DNA of 64,000 nucleotides from Chrysomallon squamiferum (GCA_012295275.1 CM022671.1:34348001-34412000); one strand, 5' to 3'; positions 27,835 through 41,755 are shown, counted from the first letter of the stretch. Made by a program: numbers and translations. Notes: generated from the letters alone by a model not told the origin.

Positions 27835-28860
27835 TTAGTGGTTGTTGTTCTTTTTTCTCTTTTTTTTTGATAAAAAATATTTCCCGAGATTGTTGATTCG
27901 ACCTGCTGACGTGTGAAAGAAAACATATTTGTCTAAATCCTTCACCTGATTTTCATTATTTCGATCGAGAAACAGATACACATCATTGAATGGTCTTTGA
28001 GTTATGTTTAGTTTGTTAGCTATGATACCGGTTAGATATACGTCGTCTATCCAGAAGAACGGAGTTGTCAAAGACGATCTATAAAAGGCCTCGGCCACGT
28101 CGGGACTCATGACGTAAGCAGCACCAAGGCAGTAAGGTTCGTAGATGTCGTTTGCATATTCTTTCTTGGTGACGTACCATTTTAACTCTTTCGATCGCAC
28201 CACTTTCCGGTTCACAAAGAGGAAGCAAGCGATTAATGACTTCCTTCCATAGAGAAGTTCAAAACTGGACCTGACGTATTTGAAGAGCAAGGGAACATTG
28301 ACAAACATGTCGTCGTCAGTTTTCAGGACGTAGGTGGCCGCTCTGCAGAATGTCGTCACCCATTTCACCGCAGCGACCGCCTTGTAGGTCAGATTGCGGT
28401 AACTGTCGACAAAGTTCTCCATCGCTATGTCGCCGTACGTTCTGTTCTCCCACATCAGCGTGTCCATTACTCGGATATCAGAGGAGTACCCGGTGAAGAA
28501 AACCACAGGAATCTGTTTCTTGTTCCCCCATGTATTTCTTATAGCTTGGCGCTTCCTCAGATTGGTTGGCGCGCTGTGGACAATGGCTATCATGAAGACG
28601 TTCTTTCCCTCGCACAAAGACGCAGGATTCAAAAGAAATTTAAACGGATGAGGATTTATCACGGGAATTTGCTTCAACTGATAGTGTAGTAATTTTGATT
28701 TCAGAGAAAAAACTGCTGACGCCAATGCCGCGACTTCGTCCACTGGTGTGGCGACCTCTGTAGAGAAATAGATCAAAGCTAAAGGCAAAATGAACAGAAA
28801 GACGAATGCTGTCATCTTTACTTTGCTAGAAAGAAGGCGAAGTACTTTTCTTCTCAACAT
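27835..28860 (-). CDS. GT31 beta-1,3-galactosyltransferase-like, divergent paralogue (341 aa)
   Basis: TM AFVFLFILPLALIYF, RQAIRNTWG, ENFVDSYRNLTYK, KTDDDMFVN, KWYV, YCLGAAY, WIDDVYLTG, FFHT. Acceptor TTTCAG with CAG at 28888-28890. Confidence 0.94.
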   Translation of the reverse strand: MLRRKVLRLLSSKVKMTAFVFLFILPLALIYFSTEVATPVDEVAALASAVFSLKSKLLHYQLKQIPVINPHPFKFLLNPASLCEGKNVFMIAIVHSAPTNLRKRQAIRNTWGNKKQIPVVFFTGYSSDIRVMDTLMWENRTYGDIAMENFVDSYRNLTYKAVAAVKWVTTFCRAATYVLKTDDDMFVNVPLLFKYVRSSFELLYGRKSLIACFLFVNRKVVRSKELKWYVTKKEYANDIYEPYCLGAAYVMSPDVAEAFYRSSLTTPFFWIDDVYLTGIIANKLNITQRPFNDVYLFLDRNNENQVKDLDKYVFFHTSAGRINNLGKYFLSKKKRKKNNNH

Positions 28861-28924
28861 CGGAGTGAAGAAAGTAAATACAGATGTCTGAAATGTAGAA
28901 CAGAATTTATGATGATGATGATGA

Positions 28925-28956
<32 letters not shown>

Positions 28957-29187
28957 GAAGGATTATTTAAAACAGTTTTTTCTTTTGTTACACTTTTTTA
29001 TATTTATATTTAGCTTTCTTCTTTACTACCTTTCTCTTTCTCTCTATGCACCTCTTTCTCTCTCTCTCTCTCTTTCTCTCTGTCTCACTCTCTCTTTCTC
29101 TCTGTCTCTCTCTCTCTCAGTCTCTCTCACTCTCTCTCTCTCTCTCAGTCTCTCTCTCTCAGTCTCTCTCTCTCTCTCTCTCTCTCT

Positions 29188-29265
<78 letters not shown>

Positions 29266-29662
29266 CTCTCTCTGTCTCTTTAACACGGATCTACTTTCTT
29301 TTTCGTTTGCATAACAAAGAAGTTTAAAATATATTATTATTATTATTATTATTAATTAATTAATTTATTTAATTTATTTATTTATTTATTTATTCATTAA
29401 TATTTTTAAAACTAAAATTGACATTACTAACTCATATATTAATTAAATTTCATGTGTAATTTCTTTTACTAAATTTTCTGTAAAATGCGTTACATCACAT
29501 ACCTACCCACTCACACCCACATACACATATTTTCACACTCGCGCGCGCGCACACACCCACACACAAACACACACGCATACTTTCACTCAAACACTGACAC
29601 GCACTCACTTCCTCATTCATACATACACGTGCTCACGCTGACACGCAAAAACCTCTCTCTCA

Positions 29663-29697
<35 letters not shown>

Positions 29698-30224
29698 TTG
29701 CCGTGCTAAAAGCTCAAAGAAAACGACAAGAACGAAAAGTTAACACACCTGGGATTAAGTTCTGCTATCCTCCTCATCCACTAACATAAGAAACCGCTTT
29801 GTCTTTGACAATGACGAACTTAATCGGTGTCCTCTGGGTTCCGTTATCAAAAAACCTGGCCGGTAATTTCGTAACGTCAACACTAACAGTAGCGTTATAG
29901 ATTGTTTGTGATCACTGAGTAACAGCTGCTATTTTCAAATAAAACTGAATTCTCTAAATAACAATAAATAACCGCGCATTTTAATGTGTTTCTCTTTGTT
30001 AACATATGCAACAAATGTGAGGAATCTTTTCGTTACTTCTTACCTTCACGTATTGCATTAATCTGTTGTTTCTCTTTCTTCGAAACATGACAGACGTATA
30101 CAAACTCACACACGCCCACATAAACACACAGCCACACATACGCACATACATAGATAATTTAATTATTTACATACTGTTCAAAGTTACCTCTTCAGATTTT
30201 AAAAGAACATTTTGAAAACGGTTT

Positions 30225-30300
<76 letters not shown>

Positions 30301-30555
30301 GATTATTTAAGAACTATTTTCTCTCGAACTGAGAAAAAAAAATTATTTGCTTTTACGGTATATCCTAAAGGCGACATGCGCTTTTTTTTTCTTTTTTTCT
30401 TTTTTTTTTAGAAACCATTGATTTCAGTTACAGCATCGTAACTGCACGCGTAAGGCGCGACACAATACCGACAGGAACTGTTTCTATTTTCAGTCGCGCT
30501 ACACGAGCGTCTGAAATATATTAACCAGTCACAAACAAGATTATTTCCTCAGTAC

Positions 30556-30701
30556 ATGAAAATGGAAGATAAACAAGTCATCCCTCTGGTTCAGATGTTT
30601 CCAGTACTGTATGATTGTTCTTTGTCAACGAACAAAGATAACAACAAGCAAAGAATATGTCTGGAAAAATACTGGAAAGACTCGAGGTTTACCTAGTGAG
30701 T
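30556..30701 (+). mobile_element. Decayed MADF (Myb/SANT-like) ORF, probable PIF/Harbinger remnant
   Basis: MKMEDKQVIPLVQMFPVLYDCSLSTNKDNNK, then a one-base shift to KEYVWKNTGKTRGLP, followed by a GTGAGT donor. Resembles the MADF pattern LI..V...P.L(W/Y)D.....YK....K...W..I. Confidence 0.6.
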
Positions 30702-30989
30702 AATGTGTGTGTTTTGTTAATAACATGCATGTACAAGCTTCTTCGAAGGTCCAGTCCTACCCGGGGTGGGGGGAAGGCAGCTTTGCATTAAGACGATGGA
30801 ACACTTTAATACATGCATAATGATAGGTTTATCTTGTTTTCAGGGGTGGGTCAAACTTTCAGATCGGAGTTTGTCGCTGTGTTCGCGTCTGGTTACGGTA
30901 GAAACAATGTCGTGTCGCCCGGTTTATCCTGCTCAAGTCGAAATTCAGAATAAAACTTTTATCAAAATCTAGTAACCAGATATTATGTA

Positions 30990-31127
30990 TATTTATCTAT
31001 CTATCTATCTATCTCTCTCTCTGTCTGTCTGTCTATTTGTATATCTGTCTATTTGTCTATCTATCCGTCTATCTGCCTGTCTGTCTATCTGCCTATTTAT
31101 TTATCTATCTATTTATCCATCTATCTG

Positions 31128-31180
<53 letters not shown>

Positions 31181-31397
31181 ATATCTATCTATCTATCTAG
31201 CTATATATCTATATATCTGTCTGTCTGTCTGTCTATCTGTATATCTTTCAATCTATCTATCTGTCTGTCTATATATCTATCTGTCTCTTATTTGTTTATC
31301 TATCTATCTTTCTTTCTATCAATCTATCAGTCAGTCTATCCATCTATGTATCCATCCATTCGTCTATCTGTCTATCGGTCCGTCTGTCTATCTATCT
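30990..31397. repeat. (ATCT/GTCT)n microsatellite
   Basis: Visible tetranucleotide array. Confidence 0.9.
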
Positions 31398-31763
31398 AGG
31401 CCTTATACACACAGGTACACAGAAGCTAAATGCTCCAGCCCATCATTAAGAAATTATTCAGGCCCTTCTGAGAAAAATGTCGACGTATCCCACCTCTCAT
31501 CTCATATATATATATATATATATATAATATTTGTATGGATGGTTATAATTTAAACCAATGTTTCTCGACTTTGTTTTAATAACCAGCAAAATCAAATCGT
31601 GTTAGGTTTGAAAATAAACACTTTTCAACAACTGGAGCAGAAATAAAGTAAGAGTTGTCTCCCTTGGCTGTTAAGGCTCATTCAGATTTGTATACAAGAG
31701 AATTAGTTATTTACTTACCTTTTTTTTATTTATTCGTTCAGTTATTCTTTTATTTGCCGTTCG

Positions 31764-31826
<63 letters not shown>

Positions 31827-31999
31827 AATACGGTGTAAATATTTCAGTGAAATACGAAAACGTCACAAGAGAAGTTAAATAACCAGTACACAGATTGTAA
31901 TGGAATGGTTTATTGGCTTCAAAAATCATCATACAAAAGTATAATCATACAAGGTGTTGACTGGTGAACATTTTGATAATAGTAACAGTAATAGTAGTA

Positions 32000-32067
<68 letters not shown>

Positions 32068-32419
32068 AATAAATAAATAAATCAAGGAAATATTATATTC
32101 TTACACATGACACGATATTAAAAAGAGAAGAAGAAAAAATAACGTTTAAATAATAAATTTATTCTATTTTTTTATTTATGTGCATGAACTAGTACTTCAT
32201 ATTTTAAAATCTCTGTATATAAATTAGAATGGAATGATTATGTATAACGGTAAAAATGAAATCGCTGAAATAAATAATAAAAATTAAATCGATCAAAAGT
32301 ATATAATCATTTGATATGTAGTAGAATTAGGTGCTAGTAACATTAACAATAATAAATAATATTAAAATAATAAGTAACAGTCAGTATTTGTTAGTGGCGT
32401 AAGATAATAATAATAATGA

Positions 32420-33050
32420 CGATGTTATTACTGTTGTTGATTTAAACTGTCAACGTGTCGATATAACTACTGTCGGCGACGTAAACTGCCGAAAATGTCG
32501 ATTTTACTACTGTCACTGACTTAAGTTGTAAACGTCAGTAACGTTATCTGTAAATGTGTCGATTTTACCACTGTCGTTGACTTAAGTTGTAAACATGTCG
32601 ATTTTATTACTACCGCTGACGTAAATTATCAAATAATTCAACATTATTACTATCGCTGACGTAAATTAGTAAATATTTCGACATTATTACTATCGCTGAC
32701 GTAAATTAGCAAATATTTTGACATTATTACTATCGTTTGACGTAAATTAGTAAATAATTCAACATTATTACTATTGCTTGACGTAAATTAGTAAATAATT
32801 CAACATTATTACTATCGTTGACGTAAATTAGTAAATATTTCGACATTATTACTATCGCTGACGTAAATTAGTAAATATTTCGACATTATTACCATCGCTG
32901 ACGTAAATTAGTAAATATTTCGACATTATTACCATCGCTGACGTAAATTAGTAAATATTTCGACATTATTACCATCGCTGACGTAAATTAGTAAATATTT
33001 CGACATTATTACTATCTCTGACGTAAATTAGTAAATAATTCGACATTATT
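32420..33050. repeat. 40-bp minisatellite, ~11 good copies plus degenerate left flank
   Basis: Unit ctgacgtaaattagtaaatatttcgacattattactatcg. Confidence 0.92.
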
Positions 33051-33414
33051 TTACACGTCATGATTTAAAATGTATTACTGTGACTGATATTAAATAGCAA
33101 TATTCAACATTACGTTTATAACTGACGCATAAAAGTTAGTTTTAAAGATTAATTTATTGCTCACGAACAAAGTTTGACGTTTATCGCAGTAAAACTATTG
33201 CTCAAGACGTTACCATGGTTTTGACGTTACGATTATTACGGTATGACGTAATAACTGAGTCAGCGAAACTGCCATTTACGTATAATGTAGCCATTATATC
33301 ACATGAGAGGTATTGCTTTCAAAACAGGTGTCGGCATTTATTTATTTCTTATTGGACTGGATAAATTAAATAAAAATAATGATGATGATGTTCATGATTA
33401 TGTTAATAAGAATG

Positions 33415-33468
<54 letters not shown>

Positions 33469-34082
33469 TAAATATAACAACAACAACAACAACAATTCCT
33501 GACTCAGTTGTATTCCTCAGGAAATCTTAATTTTAATTAAGTTAATTATTTATTTTCTTACTTTCATGCTTGCTTACCTATTTAGTTCCTAATTGGGGGT
33601 TTTTGTGTTGTTGGTTTTTTTGGGTTTTTTTTTTATTTATTTTTATTTTATTTTATTTTATTTTATTTGTTTTTTTGTTGTTGTTTCTGAATTTACCCTT
33701 TCTCATTTGAAGTTATTTATTATTTGTTTATTTTTCATTCCTGAACTTATTAGACCTGACGGTATTAACACTGTATTATGTATTCGAGTGTTTTAATTTA
33801 GTTTAAAAAATAATAATAATAATAATAAAATAAATTGTACTAACATAATAAGGCATCTCGCAGTAGTTACATAAATATTAATTTAAGAAAAATAAAGTAA
33901 AACAATAATCCATGTAGCTGTAATACTGCTTCAACTAATACTTCACATCATATAACACTCCACGCTCGTACACACAGACACACAGATAGGCATAAACAAA
34001 TAAATAACAAATCTGCAATGTGTAAGTTCACTCGACATACTTAACATTCACAATGGTTAACGCTATTTTGAGCAAACTGGTG

Positions 34083-35213
34083 CTAAACGCTTCTAGACGT
34101 GTTTTGATTATGTAGCTTACTCAGTCCTAAGAATTCTTTGAATTCCGCACGACCAGTTTCTTTGGCAATCACAGAATTCCATAAATAGAACATAACTTTC
34201 AAGTTGTGCGTGTGGAAGAAAACGTATCTGCTTTTATTATCGCTTTTAAACTTCTCCAGGACTACAGAAGGATTAAGGACGTATGCGCTGTTGTACCGTC
34301 TGTACGTCAGATTGAGTTTGTGCACTAGAGTGCCTGTAATATAAAAATCGTCCACCCAGAAAAAAGGCGTTGTCTGAGACTGGTTGTATATCCCTTCGGT
34401 GACGTCAGAGCTCATTAGGTAAGCGGAACCGGAACAGTATGGCGGGAAGAAGTCGGGCAAAAAATCCTGTTTGGGAATGTACCATTTGGAACGTTTGTCT
34501 CGCATCACTTTCATGTGAACCCACTGGTTGCATAGAATGAGATTGGTTCGTCCGTACGACTGTTCCACGGTGGACTGTATGTGTTTTAAGAGAACGTAGA
34601 AGTTAACAAAAATGTCGTCGTCTGTTTTGAGGACATATACTGCGTGTTTGCAGTACGTGGACACCCACTTCAAACCGGCGAGGGCTTTGTACGTCAGGTT
34701 GTGGTAGCTGTCGACGAAGTCCTCCTGAACGACATCACCATAGAGACTGGACTCCAATTTCACCGATTCCATTATGTTACTGTCCGCGACCTGTCCCATG
34801 ACGAAGACCACAAGAATCGTCTTGTTGGGAAAACAGATCCCGTTTCCCCACGTCTGACGGATAGTCTGCCTCTTTTTCAGATTTTTGGGTGCTGAGTGAA
34901 CGTACGTTATAACAAAAACGTCTTTTCCAGAGCACAGGCCAACTGGGTTCAACAGGTAAGTAAAAGAGTGGGGATTTGTAACAGGGCCTTTCCCATATCG
35001 ATTAATTTCTGTCGTCAGTCTATGACTAACAGCACTTGTCCTCGTCGACTTCGTTGACGTCGCGGCGGCTTTCTCTCTTGCTGCTATGGAAACCATGACG
35101 TCATCAACTGACACTGTTCTATTTCCACCAAACTGCAAGAATATCACGGCTGATACGAGAAGAAGAACAAGAACTGTGGTGTATCGATATACGGTTGAAA
35201 ATCTCGGAAACAT
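34083..35213 (-). CDS. GT31 beta-1,3-galactosyltransferase-like paralogue (376 aa; B3GALT1/brainiac-type family)
   Basis: TM VLVLLLVSAVIFL, S/T-rich stem, RQTIRQTWG, QEDFVDSYHNLTYK, KTDDDIFVN, SKWY, YCSGSAY, WVDDFYITG, FFHT. Acceptor TTTTCAG with CAG at 35332-35334. Confidence 0.95.
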   Translation of the reverse strand: MFPRFSTVYRYTTVLVLLLVSAVIFLQFGGNRTVSVDDVMVSIAAREKAAATSTKSTRTSAVSHRLTTEINRYGKGPVTNPHSFTYLLNPVGLCSGKDVFVITYVHSAPKNLKKRQTIRQTWGNGICFPNKTILVVFVMGQVADSNIMESVKLESSLYGDVVQEDFVDSYHNLTYKALAGLKWVSTYCKHAVYVLKTDDDIFVNFYVLLKHIQSTVEQSYGRTNLILCNQWVHMKVMRDKRSKWYIPKQDFLPDFFPPYCSGSAYLMSSDVTEGIYNQSQTTPFFWVDDFYITGTLVHKLNLTYRRYNSAYVLNPSVVLEKFKSDNKSRYVFFHTHNLKVMFYLWNSVIAKETGRAEFKEFLGLSKLHNQNTSRSV

Positions 35214-35619
35214 TCTTTTCTGACCACCATCAGGAAGAGTGATCTACAGATCTTCCGCCTTTGTTTTGCTGTTGTTTGATCTACCGAGTCAAGGACCAGA
35301 CCTTCTTTCTGCTAGGCGAAGTCATCACAACCTGAAAATAGAAATCAAATAGTTAAAAGGTTTATTCCATTTGATTTGCTTTGTGATGATAAACTATTTT
35401 ATTCTGTATGTAATTTTATTGTTAATGTATAGCTCTAAATCAGATTTACCAAACCATGTCAATATCTTTGTATCTTACAAAACCAATTCAGCCTGTATAA
35501 TACGTATATTTAGTTCGTAGCGTAGGCCTACAGTTTCAATATTTTCTACGGCATAATTCCAGAATTATATGCAATATTCACATAATATAACCAACATATA
35601 ATTCCCATTTTGTCTACAC

Positions 35620-36898
35620 CATAGTTCCAAATACATCTACGGAAATTGATAGCATTGGTATAGACTCTTTATATTCTATTATTTATAATACATTTCCAAA
35701 TATTATTTGTACAGTAATTTGGAATTGTCGAGGATAAGTTTCAAGATCAGCTATTATTCAAGTTCAGAGTCGTGTATAATTCAATTTCAGTATCACTTTA
35801 AATCAGTTTATAATACACCTATAATTCAGTTTCAGAATTATATGTAATTGAGTTCAATATCACCTATAATTCAATTTCAATATCATCTTTAATTCAGTGT
35901 CAACTTCACCTATAATAAATTTCAGTTTCACCTTTAATTCAGATTCAGTTTCATCTTCAGTTTAATATGAGATCAGCTTTAATAATTATTACAGTTTCAA
36001 ACTGAACAGATTCAGTATTCAAATTATATACCTGTGTCTTCGTGTATGTCTACGTACCTCCATCGATACCTGTATGTTTCTCATAACTGGGAGTAACGTA
36101 ATTTGAAAATCTTTGTTACTGATCTTATCTGTTTTTCGTGTTGACATATGCACCCAGTCAGTGTCTTAGTTTATTCCTCTATTTATCTTTAAGACCTTTG
36201 TACTGCACAAAACACAGATTTTTATCATGCATGCGATTTAATATGAGACCAGAAAAACATAGTTCCAAATACATCTACGGAAATTGATAGCATTGGTATA
36301 GACTCTTTATATTCTATTATTTATAATACATTTCCAAATATTATTTGTACAGTAATTTGGAATTGTCGAGGATAAGTTTCAAGATCAGCTATTATTCAAG
36401 TTCAGAGTCGTGTATAATTCAATTTCAGTATCACTTTAAATCAGTTTATAATACACCTATAATTCAGTTTCAGAATTATATGTAATTGAGTTCAATATCA
36501 CCTATAATTCAATTTCAATATCATCTTTAATTCAGTGTCAACTTCACCTATAATAAATTTCAGTTTCACCTTTAATTCAGATTCAGTTTCATCTTCAGTT
36601 TAATATGAGATCAGCTTTAATAATTATTACAGTTTCAAACTGAACAGATTCAGTATTCAAATTATATACCTGTGTCTTCGTGTATGTCTACGTACCTCCA
36701 TCGATACCTGTATGTTTCTCATAACTGGGAGTAACGTAATTTGAAAATCTTTGTTACTGATCTTATCTGTTTTTCGTGTTGACATATGCACCCAGTCAGT
36801 GTCTTAGTTTATTCCTCTATTTATCTTTAAGACCTTTGTACTGCACAAAACACAGATTTTTATCATGCATGCGATTTAATATGAGACCAGAAAAACAT
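35620..36898. repeat. 638-bp tandem duplication, apparently exact
   Basis: catagttccaaatacatc begins at both 35620 and 36258; both copies end gagaccagaaaaacat. Confidence 0.93.
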
Positions 36899-38398
36899 GA
36901 CTTTGTTCATAAACGTAATCGTTATTGTGCAGGATGTTTTTTACTACCAGTTATGTAAAAAAATAAAAAATAGAAAATTTGTTTTTAAAAATATCATTGA
37001 GAATTTGTTTAGAGTGTACGGCCGGCTTATTTGAGGATCAAAAATATAAAATAAAAAAAAGAGTGGTTAGTTTTATGAAAAACATTGTAAAGTGATTTTA
37101 AGTACTTCCGTTGATGACGTTATAAAATAAAATCGATGTTTTTCTGTAAGAATTAGATAATTTTCAGTCATTAAGAATTATTTTTCTTTTTTCTTTTCTT
37201 TCTATCTTTACTACTTCTTTCTTACATGATTTCTATCTCTCTTATTTTTTCTCTCGTTCTTTCATGTTTTTATTGTTTCTTTTATCTGTTAACGTTTCTT
37301 TCTCTCTTTCATTCCATTTATTTATTTCTGTTTTTTTTTTCTATCTTTCAGTCTCCTCCTTTGACTTAATTTATCATTCTTCCTTTCTTCTTTCTTTCTT
37401 TCATTCTTTCTTTCATTTTCCCCATACTTTCCTGTCACTTTTTTTTTTCTTTCTTTCCTTCTTTATTTCGTTCCTTATTTTCACATTTTCTCAGAAATCT
37501 CTTTCAGTCCTCGGGCTATCATTTATCTACGCCTGGCGAAAAATTTCGACACCTAATTGACATTAATTTTCATGACATTTTTTTAACGTCATTTTTTCCG
37601 TCATTTTAGCCGAAGCCAGCTAATACACGCCTTACGGCGTCATATTAACGCGTCATTACAGTTAATCACGCGTTAATTATTCGGTATGGATTCTGAGAAT
37701 ACGGTGAAAGATTTACGGTCATTCTGTTCCTAGACGGTTTATTCTGATTAAGAAAAATATTATCCGTGGCTTTAGGACTATTAAACCGGTTTCATCTTAT
37801 GAGTAACCTTATGTTACGTAGAGGAAAACAACGACGCCTACGACAACGACGATAATGATGATGACGATGATATTGGTGGTGGTGGTGATGATGGTGATAA
37901 TTGGTAACATAAATAAATAGCAAACTATAACTGCAAATGTAGGAGAAGAAGTAGTAATGATAATAGTTTTCATATGGCTCAAATTAGTAAAGGTAATACT
38001 AGAACTAATACTAACAATACTAGAATATACTAAGTATTGCTTATAATATTAGTTATAGTAGAAATTGCAATAGTGTTAGTAGTATAGTAACAGTAGTAGT
38101 AACAGTATAGTAGCAGAATTTGTAGAAATAATAGAAGAAGTAGCAGTAAACGTAACAGTAATATTGGTTGTTATTCTTGTGTTATTTTTTATCTGTAATG
38201 CTATGAAATCAGTCGTGGTGTTTTCAACTAGATAATTTATTAACTAGTCCGTCTACAATGATGCATTTTCAGAGTGAAAAACTGACTTTACAAACAAAAT
38301 AAATAAAAACTTTTCCTGAATTTTCTTTTACAGCTTCAAGCATGTTTTAACGTGTCTGTTAATCTAACCGGGATAAAAGCCATCAAAAAATAAAATAA

Positions 38399-38443
<45 letters not shown>

Positions 38444-38531
38444 CTAATATCATTTTCAGTGTAGCTGATTACAGTCATGTATTAGACTAATTTTAATAAA
38501 AGCTCAGATTAAAATATGAAAATAATAATAA

Positions 38532-38574
<43 letters not shown>

Positions 38575-39248
38575 GATCGAAATACAAAATTACCTGAGTT
38601 TCGTTTCTTTTTTCTATTTATTTTTGTTCTTGTTTATTCTTGTTTATTCTTGTTTGTTCTTGTTTATTCTTGTTTGTTCTTGTGCAGACAAAACAAATAA
38701 AATAGTCACAAAAAAAGCAAAGTCAGTGACTACTTCAGTAATAAAAAACTTATGCAAGCCCAAAGTTACCCCCCACACACACAGACACGCAGACACCAAA
38801 TCCGGTTGTTAATCTTTTCAAAGCTGAATATCACACGGATATTTCGTTTAGCATTCCAATACTTGAATAACAACAGATTGACCTAAAATAGTCCACTGGT
38901 GATATAGAGACATAAAAAAGAAAAAGAAAGAAAAAAAAGAAAGAAATAATAATAATTTATTACTGTTGTAAACCCTTTGCGAGACCATTACTTTTAACAG
39001 TGTAACCTTAAAAACACAAATTAATTTACGAACCAACGAAGGGAAGAATGAACGAATATTAATATTTTTGTATAAAACTCTGAACCCTTTCTAATAATTA
39101 TTAGCTGCTATTATGTGTTAAACACACACACACACTCACACACACACACACACACACACTCACACACACACACACACATATATATATATTAATTGGCTGA
39201 TCACTTATAATTAGATATGTGCATGTATATATATGTGTGTCTGTGTGT

Positions 39249-39320
<72 letters not shown>

Positions 39321-39729
39321 GTATCTATATGGATACAGTCATCGTGGTTTTCGAGAGACCATTTGGCTCTGTCACATGGTTACTCGCTATAACAGATATA
39401 CTTTCATACGTATCTTCACACACATAAGTTACCCTATTCTCACCTTCACTTAGACAGGAAACTACATACGTACTACTTTGATAAATTGGTCACTCTTGTA
39501 GGAACCGCAGACATTTTTAAAGATCCTTGAGGAGATTCTACCAAGAGCACCATGAAGAAATTAACTTGCTATCCGAAACCACCGATTAAAATTCCAACAC
39601 AAAGCTGCAACCCACTCACGTCAGTATACAGCCTGTTTCCGTGTTAATTTCCACTGTGCATGCAAAACAAACAAGTGAAGCTACAAAATAAACGACAGGC
39701 AGGGAAAGACCAGCATGATAAATGTTCAG

Positions 39730-40135
39730 CATTATAAAATGATCAATATGATAAAATGATCAATATGATAACATGATCAATATGATGAAATGGTCAATAC
39801 GATAAAATGGTCAATATGATGAAATGATCAGTATGATAAAATGATTGATATGATAAATGGACCAATATGATAAAATGATCAACATGATGAAATGATCAAT
39901 GTGATAAAATGATCAATATAATAAATGGTCAATATGGGAAAATGATTAACATGATGAAATGATCAGTGTGACAAAATGGTCAGTATAGTTAAATGATAAA
40001 TCTGATAAAATGATCAATATTAAGAAATGTTCAGTATGATAAAATGATTAATCTGATGAAATGACCAATATGATAAATGTTCACTATGATAAAATGGTCA
40101 GTATGACCTAACGATCAGTAGGACAAAATGATAAA
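39730..40135. repeat. ~17-bp tandem repeat
   Basis: Unit atgataaaatgatcaat, with variants. Confidence 0.88.
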
Positions 40136-40256
40136 AAGCAAAACATGAACAAAAATATCGAATCTTCAGATACATTCTGATAATAGCGAATCTTTAAACA
40201 ATGTTTTTCCCTTCTTTTTGTCTTATTCTGTATTTATTATTATTATTATTATTATA

Positions 40257-40291
<35 letters not shown>

Positions 40292-40707
40292 TATTATTAT
40301 TTTTTTTCTTTCCGCTTCTTACACACCAGTCGTAGTTATTTGAGTATCACTGGAGTGATCAGAACTCAGAAGACGCAACAAGAGAACAGCGTGGACCAAT
40401 TGCTGACAGTGATTTCTTACCGAGGGTTAATCTTTTAATCTTTTAATCTTTAAATGGGAAGGTCTGTAATTCGATTTGTTCTCTGGCGTTCTACAGTGTC
40501 TGCTTCGGTTCTCAGTCTGTCGTTAAAGAACGGATTTCTTTCAAAAATCCATCATCGCCAACGTTACTTTCTTAGTGTTTGTTTTCCATGGAAACTGTTT
40601 TATTGCATGTGAACGTTATAGCAGTGGTGTGGGTTTTTTTTTTTTAGTAAGATTTATTTAATTTTTCAAATTTTATTTTATTGCCAAAACATTCGCCAAC
40701 ACCTTTA

Positions 40708-41035
40708 ATTATTATTATTATTATTATTTCTTTTATAATTATTATTATTACTATTATTATTACTTTTATTACTTTTATTATTATTATTATTATTATTTCT
40801 ATTATTACTATTATTATTACTTTTATTATTATTATTTCTATTATTATTATTATTATTATTATTACTTTATTATTATTATTATCATTATTTTAATTATTAT
40901 TATTATTATTATTACTTTTATTATTATTATTTTATTTTATTATTATTATTATTATTATTATTACTTTTATTATTATTATTATTTTAATTATTATTATTAT
41001 TATTATTTTATTTATTATTATTATTATTATTTTTA

Positions 41036-41073
<38 letters not shown>

Positions 41074-41755
41074 TTTTATTACTTTTATTATTATTATTAT
41101 TATTATTACTTTTATTATTATTATTACTATTATTTACTTTTATTTTTTATTATTATTATTATTATTTTAATTATAACTATTATTATTATTATTTTATTAT
41201 TATTATTATTATTACTTTTATTATTATTATTATTATTTTTATTATTATTATTATTTACTTCTATTATTATTATTATCATTATTTTAATTATTATTATTAT
41301 TATTATTATTACTTTTATTATTATTATTTTAATTATTATTATTATTATTATTTCTATTATTACTTTTATTATTATTATTATTTTAATTATTATTATATTA
41401 TTATTTTATTATTATTATTATTATTATTACTTTTATTATTATTATTAATATTAATTATTATTATTACTATTATTATTACTTTTATTACTTTTATTATTAT
41501 TATTATTATTTTAATTATAACTATTATTATTATTATTTCTATTAATACTATTATTATTACTTTTATTATTATTATTATTATTATTTCTATTATTATTACT
41601 TTTATTACTTTTATTATTATTATTATTATTATTATTTCAATTATTATTATTATTATTATTTCTAATATTTTTATTATTATTATTATTATTATTATTACTT
41701 TTATTATTAATATTATTATTATTATTATTATTATTATTAGATTATTATTATTACT
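40708..41755. repeat. ~1-kb interrupted (ATT)n microsatellite
   Basis: Continuous att runs punctuated by acttt, ttct and tttta. Confidence 0.95.

Noticed and set aside
34083-35213. Assigning the symbol B3GALT1 or brn
   Set aside because: The family is clear, but orthology and donor-sugar specificity cannot be determined without a phylogeny.
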